Shown: positions 1 through 9,739 of the stretch, piece after piece
Position numbering within the stretch: position 1 is the stretch's first letter
Layout: every line of letters starts with the position of its first letter
Source: a virus
Taxonomy: Duplodnaviria > Caudoviricetes
Length of the DNA stretch: 61,011 nucleotides
Reading direction: 5' to 3' (one strand)
IMG/VR virus record: IMGVR_UViG_3300007538_000027
Coordinates: 1-61,011 of that record
Translations under genes and position numbers: made by a program
Notes under the pieces: model-generated
Databases searched by the model: none
Seen by the model: only the letters and a program-made list of their open reading frames with translations
What the model was told of the DNA's origin: nothing

Positions 1-240
1 AATGTATGTAACATAGAACTTCAAGTTAATGGCGATGATATAGCAGATGTAACTATGGTAGATATATTCTGTTGTGAAGGTGATATTAGTGCTGAAATAT
101 ATGAAGAATTTATGTATTTATTTGTGGACAAAGAAGGAGAAAGTATGGCAAAATTAAGTGAACGTAAGACATCGATAAATTGGGAATTATCACAAACAAT
201 CAGCGCCGCTGACATTCAAAACCTTAAAGGAGAAACAAAC

Positions 241-543
241 ATGACTACAAACAATACAGGTACCCTGCGCACATTGAATCTTACCCTTGTAGATAACAAC
301 CCTAACCTAAAGGTTGCACAGAAAGTTGTATTCCAGAAGTTAGGCCATATGACTGAGCATAATGATGAACGTACTATCCAACAAATCCTTATGTCAGGTG
401 AAGTGGCAGAGGCTCTAGTAAAACATAATGATAATCGTGTGAAAGTAGTAGACAAAGCTATCCAACGTGCCACAGGTCGTGATGTTAAGCTAGAAGAAGT
501 AGAAATCTTCGACTTAGATTGGCAAGTGGTTCGTGTAGCGTAG
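241..543 (+). CDS. hypothetical phage protein (likely start at 241 rather than 55)
   Basis: AAGGAG SD before ATG at 241 within ORF 55..543. Confidence 0.6.
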   Translation: MTTNNTGTLRTLNLTLVDNNPNLKVAQKVVFQKLGHMTEHNDERTIQQILMSGEVAEALVKHNDNRVKVVDKAIQRATGRDVKLEEVEIFDLDWQVVRVA

Positions 544-604
544 TTACAACAGGCGGTAAGCCTACTGGAAATCTCTGGTAGGTTTTATAATTTTAGGAGT
601 AAAT

Positions 605-1633
605 ATGTACATACAGTATCTAATAATTATGCTACCTGCATTACTAGTAACCTTATATGGTTATCATAAAACTAAAGATGTGGGTATGTACGGAAAAGTT
701 AATAGTAAAGAACTTGTAATATCCTTGGTAGCAAACGCACTACTAGGTGGACTAATGATTTTAATATTAAATATGTGGATACTAGAGCAAGTATCTGATA
801 GTTATATATTAAATGGAAAAGTAACTAATAAATATAAGGATACAGTTGGTTGCGAACACTCTTACCAAGTGTGTACTACATCAGGTAAAACAACTATATG
901 CACAACCCACTATGAACACTTTGAAGATTATGATTGGGTTGTTGAAACTTCTGTAGGTTCTTTGATTATAGATAGAGAAGATAGACAAGGGGAAACCACA
1001 CCACAAAGATTCATAAAGGTTATTGTAGGAGAACCTGCAAGTATGGAGTTTCATTTTAACAATTATTTATTGGCAGATAAAGAAAGTCTGTTCTTGCAAA
1101 ACTCTGAAACACCAAGTAATATACAACAACCTAGGGTTTATGACTATTATAGAACCAAGCATATAGTAGGTTCTGTGAGTTTACCTAATGTTGAAAAACA
1201 ATTAGATTTACTATTGCAAGGTAAAAGGTTTAATGTTAAAGTAGTTGCCTTGAATAACAGACCAGTGGAGGATTTCTACTCTGTAATGTCAGCTTGGATT
1301 GGAGGTAAGATTAACGATGTGATTCTTGTAGTTAGTTTAGACGAAAATGGAGTAGTATTATGGAGTAAAGTTAATACATATGCTAAAGGGTATAAGAACC
1401 AGATGTTGCTTAAAGACTTAGAATATTTAACAGAAGGAAAGGTGTTCAATGAAGATTTAGTGACAAAGCAAATATCCCTAATCACAAAGCAGTTTTTAAT
1501 TTTAGATGAACAAGAATTTGAAGAGAAATTAGAACTAGTAGAGATACCCATGTGGTTATTGATATTAGTGGTTCTAATTAACATTGGATTAAGTGTAGGA
1601 ATACACATTAAAATGACGAAAGAGGACTTATAA
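605..1633 (+). CDS. membrane protein, 2 N-terminal and 1 C-terminal TM segments, large soluble domain
   Basis: hydrophobic segments; AGGAG SD; coupled to next gene. Confidence 0.7.
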   Translation: MYIQYLIIMLPALLVTLYGYHKTKDVGMYGKVNSKELVISLVANALLGGLMILILNMWILEQVSDSYILNGKVTNKYKDTVGCEHSYQVCTTSGKTTICTTHYEHFEDYDWVVETSVGSLIIDREDRQGETTPQRFIKVIVGEPASMEFHFNNYLLADKESLFLQNSETPSNIQQPRVYDYYRTKHIVGSVSLPNVEKQLDLLLQGKRFNVKVVALNNRPVEDFYSVMSAWIGGKINDVILVVSLDENGVVLWSKVNTYAKGYKNQMLLKDLEYLTEGKVFNEDLVTKQISLITKQFLILDEQEFEEKLELVEIPMWLLILVVLINIGLSVGIHIKMTKEDL

Positions 1634-2182
1634 ATGAAAGCATTCTTAATTGGTTTAGTTGTGGTAATGCTGTTAGTAGCTACGACTTTAGTAGGTAGTT
1701 ACATTACAGGGGTTAACTCTGGCGCTAAATTTGAAGCTAACGTAGAGAAGTTTGATAAAGCTAGTGCTAATACTTTATCAGCGTATACTATGAAGCTGAA
1801 GGAAGCTGCCAAGGTACCTGAGAAGTATGTAGAGGCATTACAAGGAATTATCAAACAAACCTTTGAAGGGCGTTATGGTGATGATGGGAGTAAAGCCGCA
1901 TTCCAGTGGATTAAAGAGAACAACATCCCACTAGATCCTAGTGTGTATACTAAACTTCAAAGTATTATTGATGCTGGTCGAGAAGAATTTAAATTGAGTC
2001 AAGACCGTAAACTAGAATATTGTTCTCAGTACGAGATTGCACGTAATCAATTCTGGAGTGGTATGTGGTTGAATATTGCAGGGTATCCTAAGAAAGATAT
2101 TACTAAGTTATGTCAAGTAGTGATTGATAAGAGTACCACAGATAAGTTTAACACTGGCGTAGATGCCGTAGTGGATTTTTAA
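1634..2182 (+). CDS. membrane-anchored helical protein (LemA-like)
   Basis: N-terminal TM anchor followed by helical domain; abuts upstream gene. Confidence 0.5.
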   Translation: MKAFLIGLVVVMLLVATTLVGSYITGVNSGAKFEANVEKFDKASANTLSAYTMKLKEAAKVPEKYVEALQGIIKQTFEGRYGDDGSKAAFQWIKENNIPLDPSVYTKLQSIIDAGREEFKLSQDRKLEYCSQYEIARNQFWSGMWLNIAGYPKKDITKLCQVVIDKSTTDKFNTGVDAVVDF

Positions 2183-2191
2183 AGTAACTAT

Positions 2192-2461
2192 ATGAGAAAA
2201 CATTATATCTTTAATCACAAAGTTAAATTAGTTGATAACGGATTCGATTATTGTGATACTTGGGATGTTTATAATTGCACCTCTCACAGTTTAAATTGGG
2301 GCAGTTATAATGAAGATGATTGCTTATTACAAATAGTAGAAAGTCTAGACTCATGTTATTACTCTCAACTTACTGAAGGTTATGAAGGCATAAGTAGTAT
2401 TAAAGTATGCAAATGGTTAGCTGATAAAGGTATTACGTGGGAGTTTATTAGAATACCTTAG
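2192..2461 (+). CDS. hypothetical protein
   Basis: ORF in operon context, followed by terminator. Confidence 0.6.
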   Translation: MRKHYIFNHKVKLVDNGFDYCDTWDVYNCTSHSLNWGSYNEDDCLLQIVESLDSCYYSQLTEGYEGISSIKVCKWLADKGITWEFIRIP

Positions 2462-2482
2462 TGACAATTTAAATAATAATAG

Positions 2483-2516
2483 AAGCCCTGACTTAAAGCT
2501 GTAGGGCTTTTCTTTT
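2483..2516 (+). terminator. intrinsic terminator
   Basis: AAGCCCT...AGGGCTT stem followed by T-rich tract. Confidence 0.7.
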
Positions 2517-2767
2517 AGTTGTAATACCATTTACTACCTAATCTAATATAACGTTGTATAGGGCGTTACAGGAGGTATCACTGACTAAGGTAAAAACTAC
2601 GCGGTACGAAATTCATATATTGAAAGATCAAAAGTAAAACTGACGAAGGTTAATTTAATAAGTAAAATCAAGAATTAACAAAGCATAATTTGAGATCCTC
2701 CAACCACTTTACAAAAACACCTAGTCACACTCAGTCGATTATTATAGAAATCCACTAATTTTACTCT

Positions 2768-2788
2768 GAATAATAATCATTATCATTT
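2768..2788. promoter_or_regulatory. Fur box-like palindrome
   Basis: GAATAATAATCATTATCATTT, 18/20 to AAATGATAATnATTATCATTT. Confidence 0.65.
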
Positions 2789-3004
2789 ACCAAATTTAAA
2801 GTAGCATCCCGTATTATTAAGCCCCTCGGATAGTATCCTTTGGTAACCTGAAGTTTATAGACGTTCTCGTCTTTCGATATAAAACATTATACATAATTAA
2901 ATTAAGAATACAACACCATTACATAAATAAATTTACCTGTTTACTTTTGTTTTATCCTTCTATATAGTGGACGTAATTAAACAACACTTAACAAGGTTTA
3001 CAGT

Positions 3005-3484
3005 ATGACACGTATTAACACGGTTCACCCGTCCGACTTAACAAACGAATGGCTGATCGCAGAATGGCGAGAATTGCCGCGCATTGTAAACGAGCTAGAA
3101 AAACACCCGCAAAGATTTAACATTAATAAAATACCTGATCAATATACTTTAAATACGGGTCATGTAATGTTTTTCAGGGATAAACTTCTATACCTTGCAA
3201 GACGTCACAGATTAATCAGAAAGGAATTAAGAAAACGCGGCACTACTTTTAATTCTAAAATTAAAGTTAATCTGTATTACTTGACACCACACTTAAAGAG
3301 TGTAGCTTGTAACGATTGGACGCCCTCACAAGCTGATCATGGCATTTTAATTGAGAGACTGCAAGAACGCTTTGACCTCAGAAAGAAAGCCTACCATGTG
3401 ACGTTTGAAGGTGTTAAACATGTTATTGATTGTGAGAGATCATTCAATTGGTATTGTGGGAAGTTTTTATCAAAGTATTTTTAA
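3005..3484 (+). CDS. denV: pyrimidine dimer DNA glycosylase / endonuclease V
   Basis: N-terminal MTRIN...L...LIAEWRELPRI and Y.LNTGHVMFFRDKLLYL motifs of the T4 DenV family. Confidence 0.9.
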   Translation: MTRINTVHPSDLTNEWLIAEWRELPRIVNELEKHPQRFNINKIPDQYTLNTGHVMFFRDKLLYLARRHRLIRKELRKRGTTFNSKIKVNLYYLTPHLKSVACNDWTPSQADHGILIERLQERFDLRKKAYHVTFEGVKHVIDCERSFNWYCGKFLSKYF

Positions 3485-3562
3485 ATAAACCTTGCCATTA
3501 ATAACGGGGCTGATATACTAGCACCAAGTTAAACAAACAATCAGCCAATTAAGGGTGCTACT

Positions 3563-3949
3563 ATGTCAAAGTATCAAGTTACATTCAATTTAATTTTTCG
3601 TGAACAAGACTACTATAACGAAGGCTGTGATTCTGACAGTGGGATCACTGAATGGTTAGATGAACCGATCATTATTGAATCTGACACGGTACCTGAGTTA
3701 TTAAAGTCGGTGCAAGATTACTTCAATGTCGAGGCTAACGGCCTCTTATTAAATAGCTGTGATGAGATCGGGCGGTTAGATGTACAAACGTACACTAAAG
3801 GAACAAAAGGTTTTAAATGTGCTTACAAGCGATATAAGGAAGTCTTTCAACTTGGTCAATGCGTGTTATGGTTAAACAACATCAGCGGAACAGTGATCAA
3901 GCTGCCTGAAGCCGTGGATCTTTCTATCTATGAGGGCCTATATATATAA
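3563..3949 (+). CDS. early hypothetical protein
   Basis: own promoter and SD. Confidence 0.7.
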   Translation: MSKYQVTFNLIFREQDYYNEGCDSDSGITEWLDEPIIIESDTVPELLKSVQDYFNVEANGLLLNSCDEIGRLDVQTYTKGTKGFKCAYKRYKEVFQLGQCVLWLNNISGTVIKLPEAVDLSIYEGLYI

Positions 3950-4054
3950 CACCTTTGCTATCTTCATAAAATAACCCTTGCACTTTAATTTAAGCCGTGT
4001 ATCATTACTAACATTGATACACGGTAATTAATCCAGTAATAAAGAGGCTTTAAA

Positions 4055-4222
4055 ATGTTTATAATGAAATCAAATGGTCGTCACGCCGTACCTTTGGCAG
4101 ATTCAAGAGACATTGAATTATTGCATACTATAGGTGCAGGTCACATAGCACTATTAATTGATGGTAAGGCTGTATTAACTCGCTTAGTTGATAGCGGTTA
4201 CTTAACAGAAGGAAGTTATTAG
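4055..4222 (+). CDS. small early hypothetical protein (55 aa, below ORF-track cutoff)
   Basis: promoter 3978-4005, GAGG SD, ATG..TAG read manually. Confidence 0.55.
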   Translation: MFIMKSNGRHAVPLADSRDIELLHTIGAGHIALLIDGKAVLTRLVDSGYLTEGSY

Positions 4223-4223
4223 A

Positions 4224-4388
4224 ATGAAAAACTTACACGCTAATTTAGAATCACTTTATCTTGATTATGTAAATAATTTTATATCAGTACTTGGGTTCGC
4301 TCATCATTACGGTTTAGAATATGATCACGCTAGACAGTTGATTGAACTATCCAAGGCAATAACAGAACGTGGACACACTGATAAATAA
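4224..4388 (+). CDS. small early hypothetical protein (54 aa, MKNLHANLESLYLDYVNNF...)
   Basis: translated manually; coupled to upstream ORF. Confidence 0.6.
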   Translation: MKNLHANLESLYLDYVNNFISVLGFAHHYGLEYDHARQLIELSKAITERGHTDK

Positions 4389-4402
4389 TAAGGATCTATA
4401 TC

Positions 4403-4606
4403 ATGACATTATCACAGATTAAAGAAGCCATTGCAGAAGGTAAACTTGTCCACTGGTCAAATGATAGTTATCGGGTAATCAAACATAGAGTATTTGAGGA
4501 TCATTATCTAATACGTTGCCTTGCAAATAACGCTTGCACTGGTTTAGAGTACAAAGGTACTTTACAAGGTGATGAAAAAGATTTTTATGTTAAGGATATA
4601 AAATAA
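4403..4606 (+). CDS. early hypothetical protein
   Basis: AAGGA SD; operon context. Confidence 0.65.
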   Translation: MTLSQIKEAIAEGKLVHWSNDSYRVIKHRVFEDHYLIRCLANNACTGLEYKGTLQGDEKDFYVKDIK

Positions 4607-4913
4607 AAGTTTGACATTATAAATCATTACTGTATATTGAACCAATCGAAACAACAATAAGGTTTTACCCGTTATGAATAATTACCAAGCAAGTTTTACT
4701 AATCAGCGCCAAATAACGTTCCCTTGTGCTAATTTACATGCTGCTAAATTGGAGGCTAAACAGTACGCCATTAAGCACAATTTGTATGTTAGTAATGTTA
4801 AGCAACGATGATGAATAATCTAAAATAAACCTAGACAACGTTAAAACAATATGTATAATGTAACACACTGAAGCGGCAATGATGCCAAATAGATTAAAGA
4901 GAATTAGATTATT

Positions 4914-5303
4914 ATGAAAACATTACAATACTTGCAAAATGATTTATCAGAATTAAAAAGAAGTTTAGCCGAACTTAATGGTAACCTAGTGCATATGGGT
5001 GACGACCCAATGGCCTATTTTGAGGATGAAATCACAGGTCAGTATAATGATTTACTGGATGAACAGTACGGTGAAATGGTGAACGCCTTACCATTCTACT
5101 GTGGTTCCGCCGCTGACCTATGTGGAGACAAAGACCCTACTTTCTACCGTTGTGGTTTAAACGATTATGCTGATAGTGTAGATGTGTCAAGCTTTCAAGA
5201 GTACCAAGATGTACAGGAAGAAATTGAGACATTAGAATCTGATATTGAAGATCTTGAGAGTGAGATCGAAGATTTGGAAAATGAAGAAAGTGAGGAAGAT
5301 TAA
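4914..5303 (+). CDS. highly acidic early protein, candidate DNA mimic
   Basis: 37 D/E versus 5 K/R in 129 aa; own strong promoter. Confidence 0.7.
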   Translation: MKTLQYLQNDLSELKRSLAELNGNLVHMGDDPMAYFEDEITGQYNDLLDEQYGEMVNALPFYCGSAADLCGDKDPTFYRCGLNDYADSVDVSSFQEYQDVQEEIETLESDIEDLESEIEDLENEESEED

Positions 5304-5375
5304 AATATTTAGTTGACATTTATCAATAAGCCTTTAAACTTAACATTAAACCCCACACTTAAACAGGTGAATACC

Positions 5376-5744
5376 ATGACACGTAAAAACTTTAAGCCAG
5401 TAATCAAATCTTATCTTTTAACTGTATTAGCTGATGCCGACCATAAGATAGTTAACCCTAACGATACTGATTTAATCAAGTACGCAAAAGATCGATTTTA
5501 TAGTGAATATAAATTCCGTGTTGATCAAGTTGGTTTGCAGAAAGCTATGATCGATTGGTTGCAGGGGTTGGCTATTAATATAGATTTTTATTACTGTGAT
5601 ATTGAAAAGCTTTTGTTATCTTGGGGTGTGATTAATGGCAGTGAATCTGAATTAGTAATAGACAAACAACTTGATTTGTATTGGTCAAGAATTGCGGTTA
5701 ATTTACTAGAAATGTTTAACACGGTTAGCGGGGATCTAAAATAA
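5376..5744 (+). CDS. early hypothetical protein (start at 5376)
   Basis: promoter 5313-5340 and AGGTG SD before ATG 5376. Confidence 0.65.
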   Translation: MTRKNFKPVIKSYLLTVLADADHKIVNPNDTDLIKYAKDRFYSEYKFRVDQVGLQKAMIDWLQGLAINIDFYYCDIEKLLLSWGVINGSESELVIDKQLDLYWSRIAVNLLEMFNTVSGDLK

Positions 5745-6025
5745 TGAGCTTTATATCAGACATCCTAGACAAGTTACAGCAAGAAAATATCGATAACCGC
5801 CAACAACAAGTTAGTGATTTATACACTGGCTGGGGTGTGTTAACTTCTCCTTGCACAGATACTAAAGAAGTTTTAAAAGTATTGAATGCTGCTTTATCGG
5901 TAAGTGAAGTTATAAAAGAGCATCACACATCACCAGCAACGTTTTACAATCAATTCGTTGTTAATAGTACTGATGTTGTTGCCGTGTATTATTGCAAACG
6001 CTCGAATACAATTAAAGCCGTATAA
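5744..6025 (+). CDS. early hypothetical protein
   Basis: TAATG stop/start overlap. Confidence 0.65.
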   Translation: MSFISDILDKLQQENIDNRQQQVSDLYTGWGVLTSPCTDTKEVLKVLNAALSVSEVIKEHHTSPATFYNQFVVNSTDVVAVYYCKRSNTIKAV

Positions 6026-6321
6026 TTAACTAATTTATTACCAACTTGTTACACTCACTATAGGATACAAATTAAAATGTCAAACTTTGAGAAAATGAAC
6101 AAACCTTCACGTCAGTATGATGAACTGAAAACAGAACGTCTAAACAAAGACCGTAATTTATCGAAACGCCGCCAGAATGGGCAACAGTGTAAACAATGGC
6201 AACAATTCGATGGTGATGCAATTCAACTGTAAACGATAGCTGTTAACTGATAAGGGTTAGATAATAGCCCTTATTGTTAAACGTTATTAATCGCACCATA
6301 ATAAACAAGGTATATACTATC

Positions 6322-6591
6322 ATGTCAAAACTCATCACAAAGTCCATAGAACGTGCTGGTAAAGGTTTAATTGTATCAGGTGACATACAGTGTCAAGTGG
6401 AAGTTTGCCGCCTTGCTGGACGTTCTAGCTTCACTGTATTAATTGATGGAGTAGACAAAGGAGTGAGCAGGGCAGCGGCTTCTTATATGTGGCATTGGGT
6501 GCAAGATTACTTTAATGTTTATGAAATTGAAGAACCACCAAAACCGATAAAGAAAAGTAAAAAGAAAATAGTTGTTGACACAGTAAAATAA
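6322..6591 (+). CDS. early hypothetical protein with basic C-terminus
   Basis: AAGG SD before ATG 6322 within ORF 6274..6591. Confidence 0.55.
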   Translation: MSKLITKSIERAGKGLIVSGDIQCQVEVCRLAGRSSFTVLIDGVDKGVSRAAASYMWHWVQDYFNVYEIEEPPKPIKKSKKKIVVDTVK

Positions 6592-6638
6592 TACTGTATA
6601 TTGATAGGTATTGAAGGCAACAATTAAAGGGTTTACAA

Positions 6639-6896
6639 ATGAAAAAGGTTAAATGTGATAACTGTAACGGTCGTGGGTATATCCACAATTTTAATCATGT
6701 TGCAAATGGTCTTTGTTTCAAATGTAACGGTAAAGGTATTGTTGATAGTTGTCTAACTAAAGCTTTTGTCTTCCCAATACCTACAAAAGAACAAGCAACT
6801 CAAGCTTTTAACGGTAGTGAGTACCATTGGGACCTTTTCCAACAAAAGTTTAATATAAATCCAAGAGATGCACTAAGTAACCTATATAAGGATTGA
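6639..6896 (+). CDS. small zinc-finger protein (DnaJ-type CxxCxGxG x2)
   Basis: CDNCNGRG and CFKCNGKG. Confidence 0.7.
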   Translation: MKKVKCDNCNGRGYIHNFNHVANGLCFKCNGKGIVDSCLTKAFVFPIPTKEQATQAFNGSEYHWDLFQQKFNINPRDALSNLYKD

Positions 6897-6900
6897 TTAA

Positions 6901-7101
6901 ATGACACTTTATAAAGTATGGTCACAAGATAGGCTATCTAACTATGGGTATGATATTGATAGCTTAGAACAATTACAACTTTTAGAGTTTGAAACTGATT
7001 TAAGCTGGTCTAGTGTAGTATCTACTAATGATATACAGCAATTTATTGAGTCAGTACATAATGAGACTAATGTTAAATTATCATATGCTTTTGCATTCTG
7101 A
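6901..7101 (+). CDS. early hypothetical protein
   Basis: operon context. Confidence 0.55.
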   Translation: MTLYKVWSQDRLSNYGYDIDSLEQLQLLEFETDLSWSSVVSTNDIQQFIESVHNETNVKLSYAFAF

Positions 7102-7193
7102 TAACAACTTAAAAAGAAAAGTTGACAGTTAAATTTAGTCGTGTTCTAATGACTCTATTGAAACACAACACACCACTTTAAAGAGACTTAATC

Positions 7194-7376
7194 ATGAAAA
7201 ACTCAGAATTTGACGCAAACAAAAACGGCTTCACTTCATACACTATTAAACCCACGTTTAAACGTCCTCAGACACGTTTTGAGCGACTAAAAGCAACAAA
7301 GGTTATCAGTGTATTTAAATTTGTTTTATACGTCACTGTGGGCTTAATATTGATTAATTACTTTAATGGTGTTTAA
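7194..7376 (+). CDS. small membrane protein
   Basis: C-terminal hydrophobic segment; own promoter. Confidence 0.6.
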   Translation: MKNSEFDANKNGFTSYTIKPTFKRPQTRFERLKATKVISVFKFVLYVTVGLILINYFNGV

Positions 7377-7566
7377 CATGAATATATTACTTAAAATCAA
7401 AACTTACTCACTGTATACAATTATGTTTATGTTGATCCCTTTTATTGTTGGAATTGTGCAAGATAACTTTGCGATGGCTGAATGGTCTGCTATAGTGATT
7501 ATCATTGCAGCGTTATCAGCTAGTGTGTTGGATATAGTCCAGTATATTAAATTAGACAGAGTTTAA
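7366..7566 (+). CDS. small two-TM membrane protein
   Basis: two hydrophobic segments. Confidence 0.6.
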   Translation: MVFNMNILLKIKTYSLYTIMFMLIPFIVGIVQDNFAMAEWSAIVIIIAALSASVLDIVQYIKLDRV

Positions 7567-7652
7567 AATAAAGCTTGCACATTAAATAAAACTATGTTCT
7601 AATGTCTGTGTTGATTGGCAATGGTGCCGAAGATTAAGAAGGGTTAAAGATT

Positions 7653-7931
7653 ATGTATGACTTATCAGTTCAATTTACCTTATCAGGGCACTCTGTTTTA
7701 ACTTTTCCAACGTTAAAACATTTAAAAGATTTCATTAAGCAGGGTATCAATGATAGTAGTTTTAAATCACTTGATAGTGTAATATCATGCCGTGAAGGTT
7801 CAAGTTGTAGTAATCTAGTAGATGTAACTAAATGGATTTTTGAGTCTTATTATTCAAGTCATGCTACTAAATCAGAAAAATCTTATATAGAAAAGCGTTT
7901 TAACTTTAACATAAACAAAGGTACTAAATAA
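7653..7931 (+). CDS. early hypothetical protein
   Basis: own promoter and SD. Confidence 0.65.
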   Translation: MYDLSVQFTLSGHSVLTFPTLKHLKDFIKQGINDSSFKSLDSVISCREGSSCSNLVDVTKWIFESYYSSHATKSEKSYIEKRFNFNINKGTK

Positions 7932-8100
7932 TGAAAACATCTAACATTATCACACTAACTTCAACACGAGAACTTGCACGTAAATTTATACGTGATGCAA
8001 AAGAAGCAGGGATCACAGGTTTTAATCAGCCAAGCAAAGCTTATGGTAAGTGGTTTGTTGAGAGTAAGCCAAAAGAAGTGTTGACACTTAAGAAAGGAGC

Positions 8101-8499
8101 ATGATTATGAAAACTAAAAACGTAAAAGTTAAAGTTAATGATGTAAAACAAGGTAGAATTATTTACACTGCGCACCCTGTTTACGGTATTGTTAAAAAAT
8201 TGATTACTAGCGCGCCTTATATGGTAGCGGGTATCGGTTTATTTGCTAAGTGTAAAACTTTTTACAATATTAAATCGTATGATGATCATTTTTCATTGTG
8301 CGATAGTGGTATTACTTTAGGTAATAGCTACAACGGACGCCGATCATTTTTCAAATTAAAACAAGCTGAAGAATGGGTGAATAAATGGAAAAATGATCAA
8401 GGTTTTATTGCACAACATAAACGCCACACTGACTTCATAGAGGATTATGATCAATATATGGATTATGAAGATGAATCAGATTATGGTTATGATGTTTAA
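8101..8499 (+). CDS. early hypothetical protein with acidic tail
   Basis: AAGGAG SD. Confidence 0.7.
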   Translation: MIMKTKNVKVKVNDVKQGRIIYTAHPVYGIVKKLITSAPYMVAGIGLFAKCKTFYNIKSYDDHFSLCDSGITLGNSYNGRRSFFKLKQAEEWVNKWKNDQGFIAQHKRHTDFIEDYDQYMDYEDESDYGYDV

Positions 8500-8755
8500 T
8501 AAATAACACATTGACTTTTAAACCTTGAGGCTTTATATTAAGGTCTCAATATTAAGAGCCAATACATAACACAAGGGTTAACACCAAATGAATACACTAA
8601 TTGCTTTAGTTTTCACATACACAATATCAGGTCAAGTATATCAAGAGATCCCAGAGTCATTTTACTCAATGGAAGATTGCGTTAATGTAATAATTGAGAA
8701 TAACTTGGGTAACCAATTTCAATGTGTTGTAGTGAGTCAATAAGGAAGTAGGATT

Positions 8756-9019
8756 ATGTTAAAATTAGAAATAAACAAAGAGTTAGTTGTCAGTACTTGC
8801 CATGTTACAGAAAACGAGATTAATAGTAATAGCCTAGTGAACTATTCAAGTGACGATTGCAACGTCAGATTGGTTGTAGAACACGCAGCAAAAGACCTTG
8901 GTGATGGTTATCCTAATTTAAAGAGACTAATCAGTTTAGCTCAAGATTTAGATTGCAAGTGGCTAGTATTAGACTGTGATGCTTATCAAGTGGAAGGGTT
9001 GCCAGTATTTGATTGGTAA
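8756..9019 (+). CDS. hypothetical protein (DUF5983-like)
   Basis: VSTCHVT...LAQDLDCKWLVLDCDA...LPVFDW pattern recalled from this family. Confidence 0.5.
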   Translation: MLKLEINKELVVSTCHVTENEINSNSLVNYSSDDCNVRLVVEHAAKDLGDGYPNLKRLISLAQDLDCKWLVLDCDAYQVEGLPVFDW

Positions 9020-9298
9020 TTTAAAAATAAACTAAAAATAAGTATTGTATTCTATAATCAGAGTGCTATACTTGTTTCATCAGGTAGCAGCTCGTTACCT
9101 CACTTGAAGAGATTAAGATTATGAAAACTAAAACTTTCCAATACAAAGGTAAAACTGTAACAGTTGAAAGAGTTTGCTTACAGACTGCTTGGAATGGCCT
9201 TATAGTAAGATACCATTATTTTATTCACTTAACTTCTGCAAAGCATATGGTAGATAAGTATTATCTTAGATTACTAAAACCAGTATAGTATAAACAAG

Positions 9299-9323
9299 AA
9301 AGCCGCCCAATAGAGGCGGCTTT
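9299..9323. terminator. bidirectional intrinsic terminator
   Basis: AAAGCCGCC/GGCGGCTTT stem between convergent genes. Confidence 0.8.
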
Positions 9324-9445
9324 ATCATATCCACAATTTAACACTATACAACGCCATAGGATGCGATTTAAGAGGGTTTATTGCTAAGGTGGTGTAATGG
9401 GGTGAATGTTAGTACAAAGTTGGTCTATGATGGTTTGAGCTAGTT

Positions 9446-9739
9446 TTAAGTGGGATACTCTAATTTGTTTCTAGCCTCAAATTCTAAGTTAAGTTTGTGT
9501 ATCACTCCACCATGATCATTGACACTATTAATTAAACTTTGTATTACCTTGTCTGGTATACCGTCATAACCTAATAACAGTCCATCATAAAACACCTTCA
9601 TAAACTCTTTATCATTGTCAAGTAATGCACTCATAAACCAACTAGATGCCATTTCGGCAGCATCATTTACACTAAATATAATACCGTTGTCATCTAAGCT
9701 AAAAGTTTTCAAGTTCCCTGTTGTATGCTTGTTTATCAT
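9446..9739 (-). CDS. hypothetical protein
   Basis: overlaps upstream minus-strand gene. Confidence 0.6.
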   Translation of the reverse strand: MINKHTTGNLKTFSLDDNGIIFSVNDAAEMASSWFMSALLDNDKEFMKVFYDGLLLGYDGIPDKVIQSLINSVNDHGGVIHKLNLEFEARNKLEYPT

